DNA of 64,000 nt, taken from positions 9,672,001 to 9,736,000 of the forward strand of contig OY740796.1 of NCBI GenBank assembly GCA_963514005.1, given 5' to 3'. Origin of the DNA: Raja brachyura. Lineage: Eukaryota. Position numbers and translations under genes: made by a program. Positions within the stretch are counted from its first letter, which is position 1, and every line of letters begins with the position of its first letter. The notes below the pieces were generated by a model that had not been told where the DNA came from, did not search any database, and saw only the letters and a list, made by a program, of their open reading frames with translations. Shown in pieces: positions 49,551 to 64,000 of this stretch.

Positions 49551-52500
49551 CTTCGAGGAGAGTCACAGGAAAATAGTCACCAGTCCCTTATTCTTGTTAA
49601 AGTCTCAGTGGGTTACATTTTAAGTCAGTGCACCAAATTCATATTGAAAATACATATCACATTCTAAAACATTAAAAGTAATTTGTGTCTGAAGCTAATT
49701 ACTTTAATTTTGCATAGTAATTAAATTTAGGTCATTGCTTTGAATGTTATTTTCTGCCATACCTAGCTGCAGAGAAGTAAATCCTGCAATGGCTCATTCT
49801 GAACATTGTTACTACGAGTACGTCTCCTCACCAAATTAAAAAGCACGTGCCTGCACACAGCAAGGTCAAGACTATATTCAGGCATAGGTTGATAATGACC
49901 AGTAATATTAACATCACATTTACGCCAAGAAATGCCCATGCCCAACACAAGCATCTAATATTACTCATATTATTCAATGGCATTGCCATCACCAAATCCC
50001 TATCATCAAGGTACTTGCGGGTCATTATTACCAGAAATTAAACTAAACCAGTTACATAAAAACTGTCGCTCCACGAACAGGTCAGAGACTGAATATCCTG
50101 TGGCAAGTGACACACCTTCAAACACCATGGGATTAAAGTGCAAGAGCATGGTGAAATGATTTCCACTTACTGTACCTGCATGAGTGCAGCATTAATACAT
50201 TTCAAGAATCTTCACACCAGATTAAAGCACTCTGCTTGATTGCTGCCCATAGCCAGAAGTTCAATCCCTTCAGCACTAGTGTGTAGCCTTTACAAAAGGA
50301 ACAATCATTGCTTACCCATGCTACTCCAACAATACTTGCCAAAGCTTTGCTATCCTCCAGCCAGATGGAATACCACCATCTTCAGTTTTTTATTCACTCT
50401 GCATACAATCATGACTTGTCACTGGACTTGAACCTTTGTAACTTCCTACAAATTGCACTGTAGAAATACCTTCAACAGAATACCTTCTCAAAATCAATGT
50501 GAGGTGGACAAGTAATTGGGGCTGAAGTAATATTATCCTTGCAAGTGATGCTCACATCTTGAAATTGAATTTAAAAAAATAAATTACACATAAAATTCCA
50601 ATACAAATTGAAAACTACAATGTTTAGAAAGTGTTAACTCTATTCGTGCAAAAGCGAGATATTGTCAGTATTTCACGTCAATGAGCTTTTCACAAAGCTG
50701 GGGTGGATGAACAACATTTGAGATCCAGAGAAAAGAGGTGTAGGGGGGAAATAAATAGAAAAAATTGATAAGTTGTTCAACAGAAAAGGCTTAATGACAA
50801 AAGAGATAATAAGATAGGTGATGGAACAAATGAGAGAACAGGAGTTAGGTAGAAAATTAGTGAATATATCTGGGAAGATAAAGTATTATCTGGAATGATT
50901 TATGCAAGGAGCTCTGAATGCTCAAAGAGTAAAATAAAAATTTTGGAAATACTAAATTTCTGAAAATGCTGAACAATGATTCGACTGGAAGGCTGCATCA
51001 TGCCTCTGCGTATAACTGTTAAATCCTTAAGCTTGATACCAAATTTTATCGGCAATTTCTTGCCTTCTCCACGTCCCTCTCTGCATCTTAAAATGTAGCT
51101 ATTTCTAACTTTGCCCCCAATCTATCTGTGGAATTCTCTGCCCAAGAGAGTTGTAGAAGCTAGTTCATTTTAGAGATTTAGAGTGGAGGAAGCTCCATTT
51201 CTAAAAGAGCAGGCAAATTGGGATCTGATGCAGAGACGGGGTTGAGGCACATGATAGACCATGATCACAATGAAAAGCAGAATAGACGAAGACCAGGTGG
51301 CCTCCTCCTGCTCCAATTTCCTTGCATTCCTATGTTTTTGCATGTATCCAAATCCAACCAAAACAGAACACAACAAAGAGGACATAAATATGTCAAAGGA
51401 GCCACTGAAATAATTTTTCTTTCCGGGCATTTTTATGCCTGAATATTAGTAATGCAAATTGGACGAGTGAAGGTATATTATATACTTGGTGAATCAGAGT
51501 GGGACAAACTGGAAAAAGAGGTCCACAGTCACAAACACATTCCCAAACCACGCATAATGCACATATGCACACACACCGTATTAAAACGATTTAAATTCCT
51601 TTCACATTGTTACAACCACACAAGCACCAGTTAAAGTACATACTGTAATTTTAAACTATTTTAAACATATTTGGCTTTGTCTGGGAAACTGAAGGGTAAA
51701 GTCATATGAATTCAATTTGGAAAAACAATGCAAAACTGCTGAAAGTCTCCCATTATTTTAGCAATACAGCAGACGTTGAATGCAGCCCAACAAAACCACG
51801 ACCGTATAGAGACTTTGCTAACGTTTAATTTCCATTTGGATGCCAGTGGGAAATATTCTGTATAAAAATCAAAATATGCCCACATCCAGCCATCGCACAA
51901 TAGTTGAGGTACAGTAGGTCATGATGGCTTGTCAATGTATCCAATGCAAAGATGTGCTGAAACATTTTTTGAGGTTTTCTAATAAGCAATTATATTCATT
52001 TTCAAATATATTAAAATTAAGGACCTGTATGGCAATTGATTAATCATGTCTTTTAATGTTAACAATCTATTTTGAAGATTTAGTGATACCTTTAATTTAA
52101 TTAGTTCTGAAAATCTGAAATTTTAAGTTGCCTGTGGTCTTCAAAATACTCAATCCAAGAATGGGTATTATTCAATTTATTATCAACATCCTTTACTGTT
52201 AGTAATCTCTCAAAAAGATTTAGCACATTAATTGGTTATATTTTCTGCAGTGAATATGCAAGATTTCATTTCTTTGCCTTTGGCTTGACAGATATAGTTA
52301 TCTCAATTACACTTGCTTTATTTCAGCTTTAAAATAAAAGTGAAATATTAATGTGTTGCATTATACTTATAATTCATTAGCATGTGGAGGAAAAGTTGTC
52401 TGCTTTATGCAGAAAATTATAATAAAGACTATTCTCAGGCTCTGAATTTGGCATTTAAATTTCCTGTCAACATATAAAGTCATTTAAAAGAATGATTTAA

Positions 52501-53624
52501 TCTTGACATGGGTTGTAGCTTAGCTGGTAATAAATTACTTCTGGAAACCTTATTGCTCATTTTGCATGCAAAACATCCTACTGTGGTAACTAATTTTAAT
52601 GCTAAACAATAAATAGGCATTCAATAACATTTATAATTCTGTCTCCATGGTCACAGTGTAATATATATCATGGCGCAGCGATGGGCTTGCATGTTATTTA
52701 AATTGATTTATTGTTAATTTACTCTCAGGAAATGCTAAATATACCATTAAATTTAATTTCCTCTTCAATTAAATACATATGTTACTCAATTTACTTTGGT
52801 TACTATAAAAATATCTCCAAACCCAACTTCTACTAGTCTAAAAAAGGATTAATAATCAAAGTAGCGATATGGTAGAGTTATTTCAAATGCGTCACAGACT
52901 GCACATTTACTTATTCCATCTTAAATTATTTATATTCTCAACCAAAAAGAAACTTTAGCATTACTGAATGATTTTTTTTATAATAGATTACTGGAAGTGG
53001 GTATCATTAGCAGAGCCAGTACTAATTCCCTTCAGAAACTAATGGCAAAGCATATGTTCAAATGTACTGTCGTCTCTGGTGAATGTCTTTACTCGGTGCT
53101 GTTAAACAAGTAACTCAACGTTTTCAATATTGATGATGAAGGAATGGTGTTATATTTCCAAGTTTGCATATTATATCACTAGGAGAGCAATTTGGAGATG
53201 GTGGTGTTCCCATTTGCCCGCTGCATTTGGATAATGGAAGTATTATGGTGTGTAAGGTTTTTTTTAAAGAAAAACAGGCTTTAACAAACTTATACTGCAT
53301 CGTGTAGATGGCAAATACTGCAGTGTCAGTGCACACATGATGAAAGAAGTGCATGTTTATCTTAATAGTATCTCACATTCTGATTGTGTGAGCTGCTTTT
53401 TTCTTAATGGTAGTCAATCTCTTCAACATTGTTGAAACTGCAATTATCCACAAGGAAGAGAGGTTTTCATCATACCCCAGACTTTATACTTAGTGGATGA
53501 CAAAATAATTTTATTGGCCGTGAGGCGAGTTAGTTATTGCAGGTTACCCTGTATCTGTCTGCTTTTACAGCTATAGAACTTGGAGCTGGTTCAATTGCAT
53601 TTCTGGACAACTGCAACTTTATTT

Positions 53625-53711
53625 TTAGACTTGAGGATGTGGCGACCATGTGGCGACCGCATAGTCTCCTGCAGTCACCTAAAAAGTCGCCTAAGTGGGA
53701 CAGGCCCATAA
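53625..53711. mobile_element. One end of a related Harbinger-like MITE
   Basis: AAGTGGGACAGGCCCA followed by TAA, same TIR family as the 40.2-kb MITE. Confidence 0.65.
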
Positions 53712-56609
53712 GTCACTTAGCAGGTAAATTGTCATCATAGTATCTGAGAATAGTGACCAATCTGAAAGACATGTTCCACTGACCCAATCAACCAAGAGCA
53801 TCATAGACAATTATTCCAGACTCATTCATCATTTACCTGAACAACAGCTCTGCAAGCTTTGATTTTTAATAGCTGCACAGGGCTTGGAACTCTCCTAACA
53901 ACAATATTAAGTAAACACCCAATTGTCTATCTGTTTCCTCTATACAAAGGAGAACATAAGGGACAAAGCTGATTATTATCAAAACTGCCATCTGATGTCT
54001 TTTTTACCACGGTCCTCATTATTATGGATACCAGTATCTACCAATTCAGTGTGAAAACACTTCAATGTTATTCTACCAGACACCTGAGTGGACTAGGCTC
54101 AGTAAAACATGTGAAGCCCAATAACATGGTAAAACCGCAAGAACGAGCAACTGCTTTTATGAAGATGTGTTAGTACAACAGTGACTACCATCTGTCCAAC
54201 AATACACCAATGTCGTCTGATATAATCAATCTTTTAAATAACCGATAAAGTTGCCTTGGCCAATTGACAGCTAGAACTCTTCCTACACAATTGATAATGG
54301 ATGCAGGAGGTTATTAACGGCCTCACCAAGCAGAATCTACTTGCAAACCACCTGGTCACTGATATTCAATTTTGTTTCTATCAGAATATTGAAGCTTCAC
54401 ATTCCAATATAATCTTAGTCCAGGTGCAAAATTGAGTTGTAAAGCAATGGAAGCAACTATCTTTCATAGCAAAGGATCCTTTGCCCAAGATGCCACCAAG
54501 GAACAGCAAAATAACTGGTGGGATTTATCAACAGGGCTTGGAATCACATCTAATTTAAAGAAACGTTGGTCATTAGAATTCAAGATCATCACTGCCTGTT
54601 TCATACAAATATCTTTCCTTCATCAGACATAGGGTTTGAACGTTCAGCTTCAATTGTTAGTTACTGAAAGAATACACACAGGTTATTTATACCATGTTTC
54701 GTTATATTTTTTACACACCCATTTTATAACATCAGCCATGTATTTGCTTGAAAAATGTTCTCAGAATCTAGAATATTTAAATATATTGCTAACTAATTAA
54801 TTTTATTTGTCAATCGATAATAGACTGTGGTAGATAGACTGTGTAGTAACACTACATGGAAGAAATCCTGGAATAATAAAACTTTGCAGCAAAGGCAAAT
54901 TGGATGGCTCAGATATTATCATTGGCACTATCAATACAATTGCAACTTATTATGGAAGTTAAAAGATGATGCATTTACCTATAGAAACAACTTACTCCTC
55001 TGTTATTAGGTTTCTAAATGCTCCGTTCATAAGCTGAGGTACTGTCTGATTCACCTCTACTCCATTGCAGACGTTGCTCTTGTATATGGAACTGGTGCAC
55101 TACAATGATGAGAACCATATTCTGCACTGTGTGGTTTCCCCTGTGCTCTATCTATTATACTTGTACTTCAGGTTGGGTTGATTGCATTTATTGTGGTATT
55201 ATCTGATCTTATTGGATAGCATGAAAATCAAAGCTTTTCACTGTACCTCAGTACACATGACAGAAAACCAACACAGTTTTGCAAAACAATGATTACACAC
55301 CAAGTAATTCAAAGCCTACTCTTAAAGTGGAGCTCGTTAGTGAATTTTCCTCAGTATTCAAGCTGCACTTCCTGAAGCGGTGAAACAGGCAATAGTGGTT
55401 CCCAGCAAGTGTCGCTCAACTAGACCGTGATAATAACTGGAGAAAAATTATATATGAATCACATGTGGCAGTTGGTGATAGCATTGAACCCATCTTCATT
55501 TCATAGTCCAGGTTATCAGAATTACAAAGCAAGATTCCATAAGTGGGTCAACCCTTGTTTCACAGTAGGGGAACCGATATCAATATCAACTTTCTGGCTT
55601 TCCAATCACAGTCCTAAGGTAAATAAACTATTTAATTCAAGATTAATTATGCATCTTGTCAGTGTGAAGATCTTGATTATGTTCTAGTTCCAAGTAAGTG
55701 TGAAGCTAATTCAATGAGGCTTGCACAAATAATTAACTAAGTTAAATAATAAAGCCATCTTTACACACAAAATCTCACCCCTGCAAATTGCCATCTTTTT
55801 GAAGCGTTGATACGCAAACTGCACACAATATTCCAAGGACAGTTGCACTTATGAGATTTTTGCATCTTTAGGATTTGGAACAGCTTGTTAATGACAATGA
55901 CCTGATACTTTGATCCTAATCATTAAAGATAGCAGCTTAAATATTTTGCTGGGAATAAACATAAGCAACCTTTTGATGATCACTTAGAGTTATAACTTCA
56001 TTTATTTTATTGGAAGAGTAATGTTGTGTGACTTTAAAGAAATAATGATAAAAGGGGGAATGATAACCATTTACTCTCACAAATGCCAAATCACCATCAG
56101 AATAGTTACTAACCATTAGTACAGCTGTGCAATTTAAACTGAACACCAGTTTTGATGAATATGATAAAAAAAAAATATATATATACATGTAATAAAATTA
56201 ATTTAGTATGTATTTGTACTTTTCTTACATTTGGAAGTTCAAATATATGAACAATTTAATTCAGTTTTAGTATTTTTGTTTCTTTAAGAGTCAGAAACAT
56301 TTAGGATATTTCTGACATGTTTGACAGCCAGCTAAGCTAATGGTTGTCTGTCAAACATTTGTTCTGCTTTTCCAAACCTGCACTTCCAAATTCCCTTAAA
56401 CACTTCCTTTCCCCATGGTGAGACAGTAACATTACGACAATTTCAGGAAGGGATTTCTCACTGGGGAAATTGACAACATGTACAGATATGATGTAGGTAA
56501 GTACATGGCACTTCCCACTCACTGTTTACCAAACAGAACTGTATTAAAATATCTCTTGTCCTTAGCTAAGCTGTGCATATAAACATATTAACCTATATTT
56601 GCTTTAGCA

Positions 56610-57060
56610 CATAGAATAATACAGTACAGAAACAGACCTTTCAGCCCAACTCATCCATGCTGACAAAGATGCCTATCATATGCCAGGCATTTTCCTGCCT
56701 TGGGCCCCACATTAAATGTAGAGAAGTACAGCACAACAACAGGCCCCTCAGCCCACATCTCAACTCCTTTCCTATTTATGAACCTGTCCAAATGTATTTT
56801 TAACATTTTACCTGCCTCTACCACCTCCTCTGGCAGCTCGTTCCTTATACCACATACTCTGCATGACAAACATACCACTCAGATCCCATTTATATCTATT
56901 CCTTCTCACCTTAAATCTCTATTTTCAGACTCCCTATCCTGGGAAGAAGAATGTGATTTTCTGCTCTATCTGTGCCCCTCATAAGCTTATAAACCTCTAT
57001 AAGATCATCCCCCAGCCTCCTTCACTCCAAAGCAAATAAATGCAGCAGATCAGCCAAAAT
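56610..57060 (-). mobile_element. Older CR1 3' end (continues at ~60430-60560), host of the younger CR1
   Basis: NELPEEVVEAG..HLDRFINRKG in ORF 56651-56878 plus CR1 UTR. Confidence 0.7.
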
Positions 57061-57109
57061 AACTCAGTTGGGAGAGCGTTACCCTGAAGATCTAAATGTC
57101 CATGGTTCA

Positions 57110-60100
57110 ATAACCATATAACCATATAACAATTACAGCATGGAAACAGGCCCTCTCGGCCCTTCCCGTCCATGCCGAACATTTATTTTCCCCTAGTCCC
57201 ATCTACCTGCACTCAGACCATACCCCTCCATTCCCTTCCCGTCCATATACCTATCCACTTTACTTTTAAATGTTAAAATCGATCCTGCCTCCACCACTTC
57301 TACTGGAAGCTCATTCCACACAGCCACCACTCTCTGAGTAAAGAAGTTCCCCCTCATGAACCCCTAAACTCTGTCCCTTAATTCTCATGTCATGCCCTCG
57401 TGTTTGAATCTTCCCTACCCTCAATGGGAAAAGCTTATCCATGTCAACTCTGTCTATCCCTTTCATCATTTTAAAGACCTCAATCAAGTCCCCCCTTAAC
57501 CTTCTGTGCTCCAAAGAATAAAGACCTAACTTGTTCAACCTTTCTCTGTAACTTAGTTGCTGGAACCCAGGCAACATTCAGTAAATCTCCTCTGTACTCT
57601 CTCTATTTTGTTGACATCCTTCCTATAATTAGGCGACCAAAATTGTACACCATACTCCAGAATTGGTCTAACCAATGCCTTGTACAATTTTAACATTACT
57701 TCCCTACTCCTATATTCAATGCTCTGATTTATAAAGGGCAGCACACCAAAAGCTTTCTTCACCACCCTATCTACATGCAATTCCACCTTCAGGGAACTGA
57801 GCACAGTTATTCCTAGATCCCTCTGTTCCACAGCATTCCTCAATTCCCTACCATTTACCATGTACGTCCTATTTTGATTTGTCCTGCCAAGATGTAGCAC
57901 CTCACACTTATCAGCATTAAACTCCATCTGCCATCTTTCAGCCCACTCTTCCAAATGGCCCAAATCTCTCTGTAGACTTTGAAAATCTACTTCATTATTC
58001 ACAACACCACATATCTTAGTATCATCTGCATACTTACTTATCCAATTTTCCACCCCCTCATCCAGATCATTGATGTACATGACAAACAACAGTGGACCCA
58101 GCACAGATCCCTGAGGCACGCCACTGGTCACCGGCTTCCAACCTGACAAACAGCCATCCACCATTACTCTCTGGCATCTCCCATTCAGCCACTGTTGAAT
58201 CCATCTTGCTACTCCGCCATTAACACCCAAAGGTTGAACCTTCTTAACCAACCTTCTATGGGGAACCTTGTCAAAGGCCTTACTGAAATCCATATAGACA
58301 ACATCCACTGCTTTACCCTCATCAATTTCCCTAGTAACCTCTTCAAAAAATTCAAGAAGGTTTATCAAACATGACCTTCCAGGCACAAATCCATGTTGAC
58401 TGTTCGTGATCAGACCCTGTTTATCCAGATGCTTCTATATATTATTTCTAAGTACCGTTTCCATTAATTTGCCCACCACAGATGTCAAACTAACAGGTCT
58501 ATAATTGCTAGGTTTATTCTTTGAACCCTTTTTAAACAATGGAACAACATGCTCAGTACGCCAATCCTCCGGCACTATTTCCATTTCTAATGACATTTGA
58601 AATATTTCTGTCATAGCCCCTGCTATTTCTACACTAACTTCCCTCAATGTCCTAGGGAATATCCTGTCAGGACCTGGAGACTTATCCACTTTTATATTTT
58701 TCCAAAGTGTCAGTACTTCCTCCTCTTTGAATCTCATAGTTTCCATAGCTACTCTACTTTTTTCCCTTACCTCACAGAGTTCAATATCCTTCTCCTTGGT
58801 GAATACCGAAGAAAAGAAATTGTTCAATATCTCCCCCATCTCTTTTGCCGCTGCAGATAGCTGTCCATTCTGGCTCTCTAATGGTCCAATTTTATCCCTC
58901 GTTATCCTTTTGCTAATAATATAGCTGTAGAAACCCTTTGGATTTACTTTCACCTTTCTTGCCAAAGCAACCTCATATCTTCTTTTAGCTTTTCTAATTT
59001 CTTTCTTAAGATTCTTTTTACACTCTTTATACACCTCTAGCACCTCATTTACTCCATGCCTCCTATAAATATTGTAGATATCTCTCCTTTTTCGAACCAA
59101 GTGTCCAATTTCCCTTGAAAACCATGGCTCTTTCCAATTTTTACTATTTCCTTTCAACCGAACAGGGACATAAAGATTCTGTACTCTTTCAATTTCCCCA
59201 TAAATGTCCTCCATTTTTCTTCTACATCCTTCCCATAAAACAAAATGTCCTAATTCACTCCTTTTAAACCCTTACGCATTCCCTCAAAGTTAGCCTTTCT
59301 CCAATCAAAAATCTCAACCCGAGGTCCAGTTCTGACTCTCTCCATAATTATATTGAAACTAATGGTATTGTGATCACTGGTCCCGAAGTGCTCACCAACG
59401 CATACCTCTGTCACCTGACCTGCCTCATTTCCTAACAGGAGGTCCAGCACTGCCCCTTCTCTGGTCGATACCTCTATGTATTGCTGCAAAAAACTATCCT
59501 GCACACATTTTACAAACTCCAAACCATCCAGCCCATTTACAGAATGTGTTTCCCAGTCTATTTTAGGAAAATTGAAATCTCCCACAATCACTACCTTGTG
59601 CTTTCTACTAATATCTGCTATCTCCTTACATATTTGCTCTTCCAATTCTCGCTCCCCATTTGGCGGTCTATAATACACCCCTAAAAGTGTTTCTGCACCG
59701 TTTCCACTTCTCAGTTCCACCCAAATAGCCTCCCTAGACGAGCCCTCTAATCTATCCTGCCAAAGCACTGCTGTAATATCTTCTCTGACAAGCAATGCAA
59801 CACCTCCACCTCTGGTCCCTCCAATTCTATCACACCTGAAACAACGAAATCCTGGAATATTTAGTTTCCAATCACAGCCCTCCCGCAACCATGTTTCACT
59901 GATTGCCACAACATCATATTTCCAGGTGTCAATCCAGGCTCTAAGTTCATTCACCTTTCTCACAATGCTCCTAGCATTAAAATATACACATTTTTGAAAC
60001 CCACCATCCCTTATTCTCTTTTTATTATCTTTTTCCTCTTTCTCGCCTACATTTTGGGTCCCAGTGCTTCCCTTCTCTGCCTCTTGCCCCACACCCTGTC

Positions 60101-60278
60101 CCCTAGCCCCCTCTCCCCGAGTCCCTCCCCCCAGCCTTTCTAGTTTAAAGTCTCCTTTGCAAATCTCCTCGCCAGGATATTGGTCCCCCTCGGGTTCAAG
60201 TTCAACCCGTCCTTTTTATACAGGTGGTGCCTTCCCCAAAAGAGGTCCCAGTGATCAAGAAACTTGAATCCCTGCCCA
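57110..60278 (-). mobile_element. CR1 LINE, 5'-truncated, relatively young
   Basis: ORF1 esterase tail (FLDHWDLFWGR..DGLNLNPRGT) at 60160-60278, ORF2 APE and RT, 3' UTR ending in (TATGGTTA)n at ~57110-57130. Confidence 0.95.
57311..60092 (-). pseudogene. CR1 ORF2 endonuclease/reverse transcriptase (broken by stops and frameshifts)
   Basis: YFNARS, ISETW, GDFN and SDH (APE domain); NYRPVSLTS, DFSKAFDKV, GVPQGSVLGP and YADD (RT domain). Split over four ORFs. Confidence 0.95.
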
Positions 60279-60989
60279 CTTCAATCACAGGTTTCAGCAA
60301 TACTGCCGTATATTTCTGGGAGAGGCAAGAGAATGGGGTTAGGAATGAGAGATAGATCAGCCATGATTAAATGACGGAGTGGACTTCATGGACTGAATGG
60401 CCTCATTCTGCTGCTATCACTAATGAACATGCTTATCTAACCTCGCCTTTTAACTCAAGCCCTCCAGTCCAGCCAACATGCCTGTGATGTTTTTCTGCAC
60501 CCTCTCTAACTTAATCACATCTCTCCCCTAACATGGCATCCAGAACTGCACACAATCACAGCCCTCTTCACAATTAGTGACGTTTACTAAGTGAAAAATA
60601 TCATAAAAATATATTGAATTGATGCAATAGTTCCCATCTGACTAGTTAGCTACAGATATAACAACTTTTTAAAGGACCATAAGCACCCATAAAGTATTTT
60701 ATGACATCAAGAGCACAGCCAAGAATTGGCAAGAGTCTTTGCCTGACTGAGTTATACATGTGGGCATAAGAAATTGCAAAAAAATTAACTGGAAAAAATA
60801 TCATAAATTCCTCATCTGCTTCTACATTCAATAAAATCTAGCTGTCATTGCATATAATTCACATCCCTATGTACCACCCATTTCTACTATAATTGGCTGA
60901 TCTCCACTTTCAAAGTATTCAATGACAAAACATTCCACAGTCCACAGGAAGAATCATAGAATTTTTGAAATTATCCTAATTCTAAATGT

Positions 60990-61518
60990 TGACAGTTGCA
61001 TCAGGATACAAGTGACAGGAAAAGGGAAGCATGGACAGGAAAAGGAGCCAGCCCTGATCTTAAGGGGATATGGGGAAAGAGTGGAAAGGTGGTAGCCCCC
61101 TGTTGCATTAGGCAGACACTGATGGAATGCCACCGTGGAATGGACCATGCCCACCTAATCAAGAAGGATTGGTGGTAACCAGGGGTCGGAAGAGACATAG
61201 CCAAATATTGTCAATGGTGTGTCAAGTGCGCACAGTATAATCCTGGCCCCCCTGTGAAAATCTGTATGGTACCAAGGCCCTAGAGGAGCAGCAACAAAAA
61301 TGGGTAGATGTGCTACCTACGGTCTTGATAAACCCCCAACCGGACTATTAACCTATCAACTAATGACGGGACGAGCAATGCAATTACGACATGGGATAGT
61401 TATGGGGGGAGAGGAAGTAGGACCAGTAAGCGACCGGATACGCAAATATATAGTGGAACTTAGCAGTCAGTTAAAGGGAATGAGACAGAAAGTACGAGAG
61501 AGACAAGAAGAAAATTGA
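60990..61518 (+). mobile_element. LTR-retroelement (ERV-like) integrase remnant
   Basis: Zn-finger region CHRGMDH..WW*PGVGRDIAKYCQWCVKCAQYNPG, then the post-core motif TGLLTYQLMTGRAM. The DDE core is missing. Confidence 0.65.
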
Positions 61519-61967
61519 CAGAAGTTTACTCCATATCCTGACATTGTGTCCTGAAGCTCTTGACTATGTTTCATTGGGATGTCCTTTTGGCCTTCTAAAC
61601 TCCAATGAGTATAGGCGAACCACATTGCAATATCTTTCCCCAGCATTTATGTGAACCTACATTGCACTGACTCCCAGACAACTCACCCTGTATACCCAGT
61701 TTCAGCAGAGGAGAGACTAATGAAGAGATTGAATTGAAAACAGTAATTTTTCCTCATAATTGTGTAATTAAACATTCATGCTACTCGAAGCAAAGAATAA
61801 AAGTTTACATACTACCCTCAACATCCGCTTACCTTGGGGGTATAGATTAGGAATGCAATCAGGCTTTATCCACAGGAAGGGAAATTAAAAACTAAAGGGC
61901 ATTATTTATAACCAGACAATAATAGTGCAAACTGGAGTATGTAGTGTAACCTAAATAAAGTCCATAG

Positions 61968-62450
61968 CAGACAATAGGCAATAGACAATATGTGCAGGAG
62001 TAGGCCCTTTTAGCAAGCACCGCCATTCAATGTGATCATGGCTGATCATCCACAATCAGTACCCCATTCCTGCCTTCTCTCTACATCCCCTGACTCTACC
62101 ATCTTTAAGAGCCCTATCTAACTCTCTCTTGAAAGTATCCAGAGAGCCAACTTCACCACCCTCTGAGGCAGGGAATTCCACAGACTCACAATGCTCTGTA
62201 TGAAAAGTATTTCCTCATCTCCGTTCTAAATGGCTTACCCCATATTCTTAAACTGTGGCCCCTGGTTCTGGACTCCCCCAACATCGGGAACATGTTTCCT
62301 GCCTCTAGCGTGTCCAAACCCTTAATAATCTTATATGTTTCAATAAGATCCCCTCTAATCCTTCTAAATTCCAGAGTATACAAGCCCAGCAGCTCCATTC
62401 TCTCAGCATATGACAGTCCTGCCATCCCGGGAATTAACCTTGTGAACCTA
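61968..62450 (-). mobile_element. CR1 3' fragment
   Basis: FTRLIPGMAGLSYAERMELLGLYTLEFRRIRGDLIETYKI, tail (TATTGTC)n-like. Confidence 0.9.
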
Positions 62451-62499
62451 AAAATGATTAAGTAGATCATTGCTGAGAAAGGGTTGTGGCTTTGCTTGC

Positions 62500-62900
62500 A
62501 CAGAGTGGTTCAAGAGCATGATGGTTGTAGGAAACAAGCTGTCTTGAACCCGAGGGTCACGATTCTCAGGCTCCTACATCTTGTCCCCACTGTAGCAGCG
62601 ACATGAGAGCATGGCCAGGATGGTGTGGGTCTTGGATGATATTCACTGTCTTTTTCAGATAGCACCTCCTGTGTATCCCTTCAGTGCTGGGAAGGTGAAA
62701 ACACATGATGGATCTGCAGTCTCCTTTATTCTTGTGCACTCAAGTTACCGAACCAGGCTGTGACACAACCAGTGCATATGCTCTCTATTGTACACCAGTG
62801 GAAGTTCAATCCAGTATTGGGTGAAATGCCAAACTGCCTCAATCTCCCAAGGAAGTAGAGATATTGATGAGCTTTCTTTAAAGTTGCATGTCTAGAGTAG
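62500..62900 (-). mobile_element. Rex1/Babar-like LINE RT C-terminal fragment
   Basis: KKAHQYLYFLGRLRQFG..CTIESICTGCVTAWFGN. Confidence 0.8.
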
Positions 62901-64000
62901 ACAACAGTGCCCCTGAAAAACATTCACATCTTATCAACTTGGAATACATCCAGTTCAACATGTTGTCAGTATATCAGCTGCAGGAGCTCACACCAAATTA
63001 TTTGTAGAAATCTCTCAATACCCCCACGGGTTTTTCTGCCCAGCACATTCTTTGGCATAACCTCCCCCTTTTCTACCTCAACTCTGCAAAAATGTTCTAT
63101 TAATTTACTGAAGTAATCATTCTACTAATTACCTGGCCATGTCATAGATAAGAAAGGCCTGTTGTGAATATTCAGTGAGGCACACATGGAATCGATGCTA
63201 CACACATCAAATGTGCTGATGTAACTTTCCTCTTCAACCTCCTCGTGCTGCAGAGATAAACACTTTGAGGGAGGTCAACAAGGAGGACCATTTACAGTTA
63301 CACTCAATTAGGCATCTTTCTGTCTTTGCCTCATGTTTTGCAGGTCTATAATGTTCAATAATTTATCTAGTTGTTGGATATTACAAAGAGAAAGCAAGTC
63401 CTTAATGTTGTTAATAATTGTTTTCACTGCATGACCTATCAGGAGGCTTGGACAAGTGCTCTGGAGTTTGACTTGTTTAACTCTACATTGTTGCCATGGG
63501 GATATATCTCCATAAACCTCTTTTGCTCAAAGCTATAGTCTCTGGAGAAAACCTTGAATCATGTCCAAAACCACATAGCAAGACTATTTTTTTTAAGTAC
63601 ATGTAGGGCACTAAAGCTGAAGAGAGCAGGTCCCTATTTGTTTTTGCAGATGATCCACACACTGCTATCAGGGTGGGTCACCATTCTCAAGTCTTGGTCA
63701 GTGGGAAATATAGACTAGACTTGAGCTTGCATTGCTTTCAAACCTCATTCTTCATAGTTCCACAGATCTGAACAATTGCAAAATTAGAAAATGTAATCTA
63801 CATTCTTGATTTGAAATGGGATTCATAATGCCTTGTGATTCAAATGCCTTGTATACTTCCTGAATTGTGTCCAGAAGATTTGTACTCTTTTAACACATCC
63901 TACAAAAATTCCAGGTATGAATATTTTACATTATATTCGCATGGGAACAGTGCGGAAGAAAATAGGTCACCTAAATATATTTCACATTAGAGAAAAAAAA

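Noticed and set aside
49763-49850. Minus-strand AG..GT exon-like segment
   Set aside because: Stop codons in all three frames.
61828-61895. Strong minus-strand donor CAAG|GTAAGC
   Set aside because: The upstream candidate exon has stops in all frames and there is no other support.

Overview
Repeat-rich, AT-rich vertebrate genomic DNA (intronic or intergenic). The repeat set (HE1-type V-SINEs, CR1, Rex1/Babar, RTE, Penelope-like fragments, AGGGCCTGTCCCACTT-type TIR MITEs) points to a cartilaginous fish, probably a skate (inference). No host gene could be identified with confidence. The main feature is a 4.95-kb DIRS1-type tyrosine-recombinase (YR) retrotransposon on the minus strand (16066-21013). 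Its inverted termini and internal complementary region (ICR) match perfectly, its gag and YR ORFs are decayed, and it has no RT/RNase H/methyltransferase. The gag stop is followed by CC-ATG-AAG|GTT running in frame into YR, which looks like a spliced-out pol intron, and the leader carries three GT..AG micro-cassettes. The DIRS sits inside a Penelope-like 3' end that itself sits inside a CR1. Also present: many hammerhead-ribozyme-like motifs (CTGAAGA..GAAACGTC) on Penelope termini, several arranged as palindromic dimers; a perfect 35-bp hairpin; a 3.2-kb 5'-truncated CR1; a retroviral-like integrase remnant; and a Harbinger-like MITE. Family assignments come from motif recognition by eye, not database searches.
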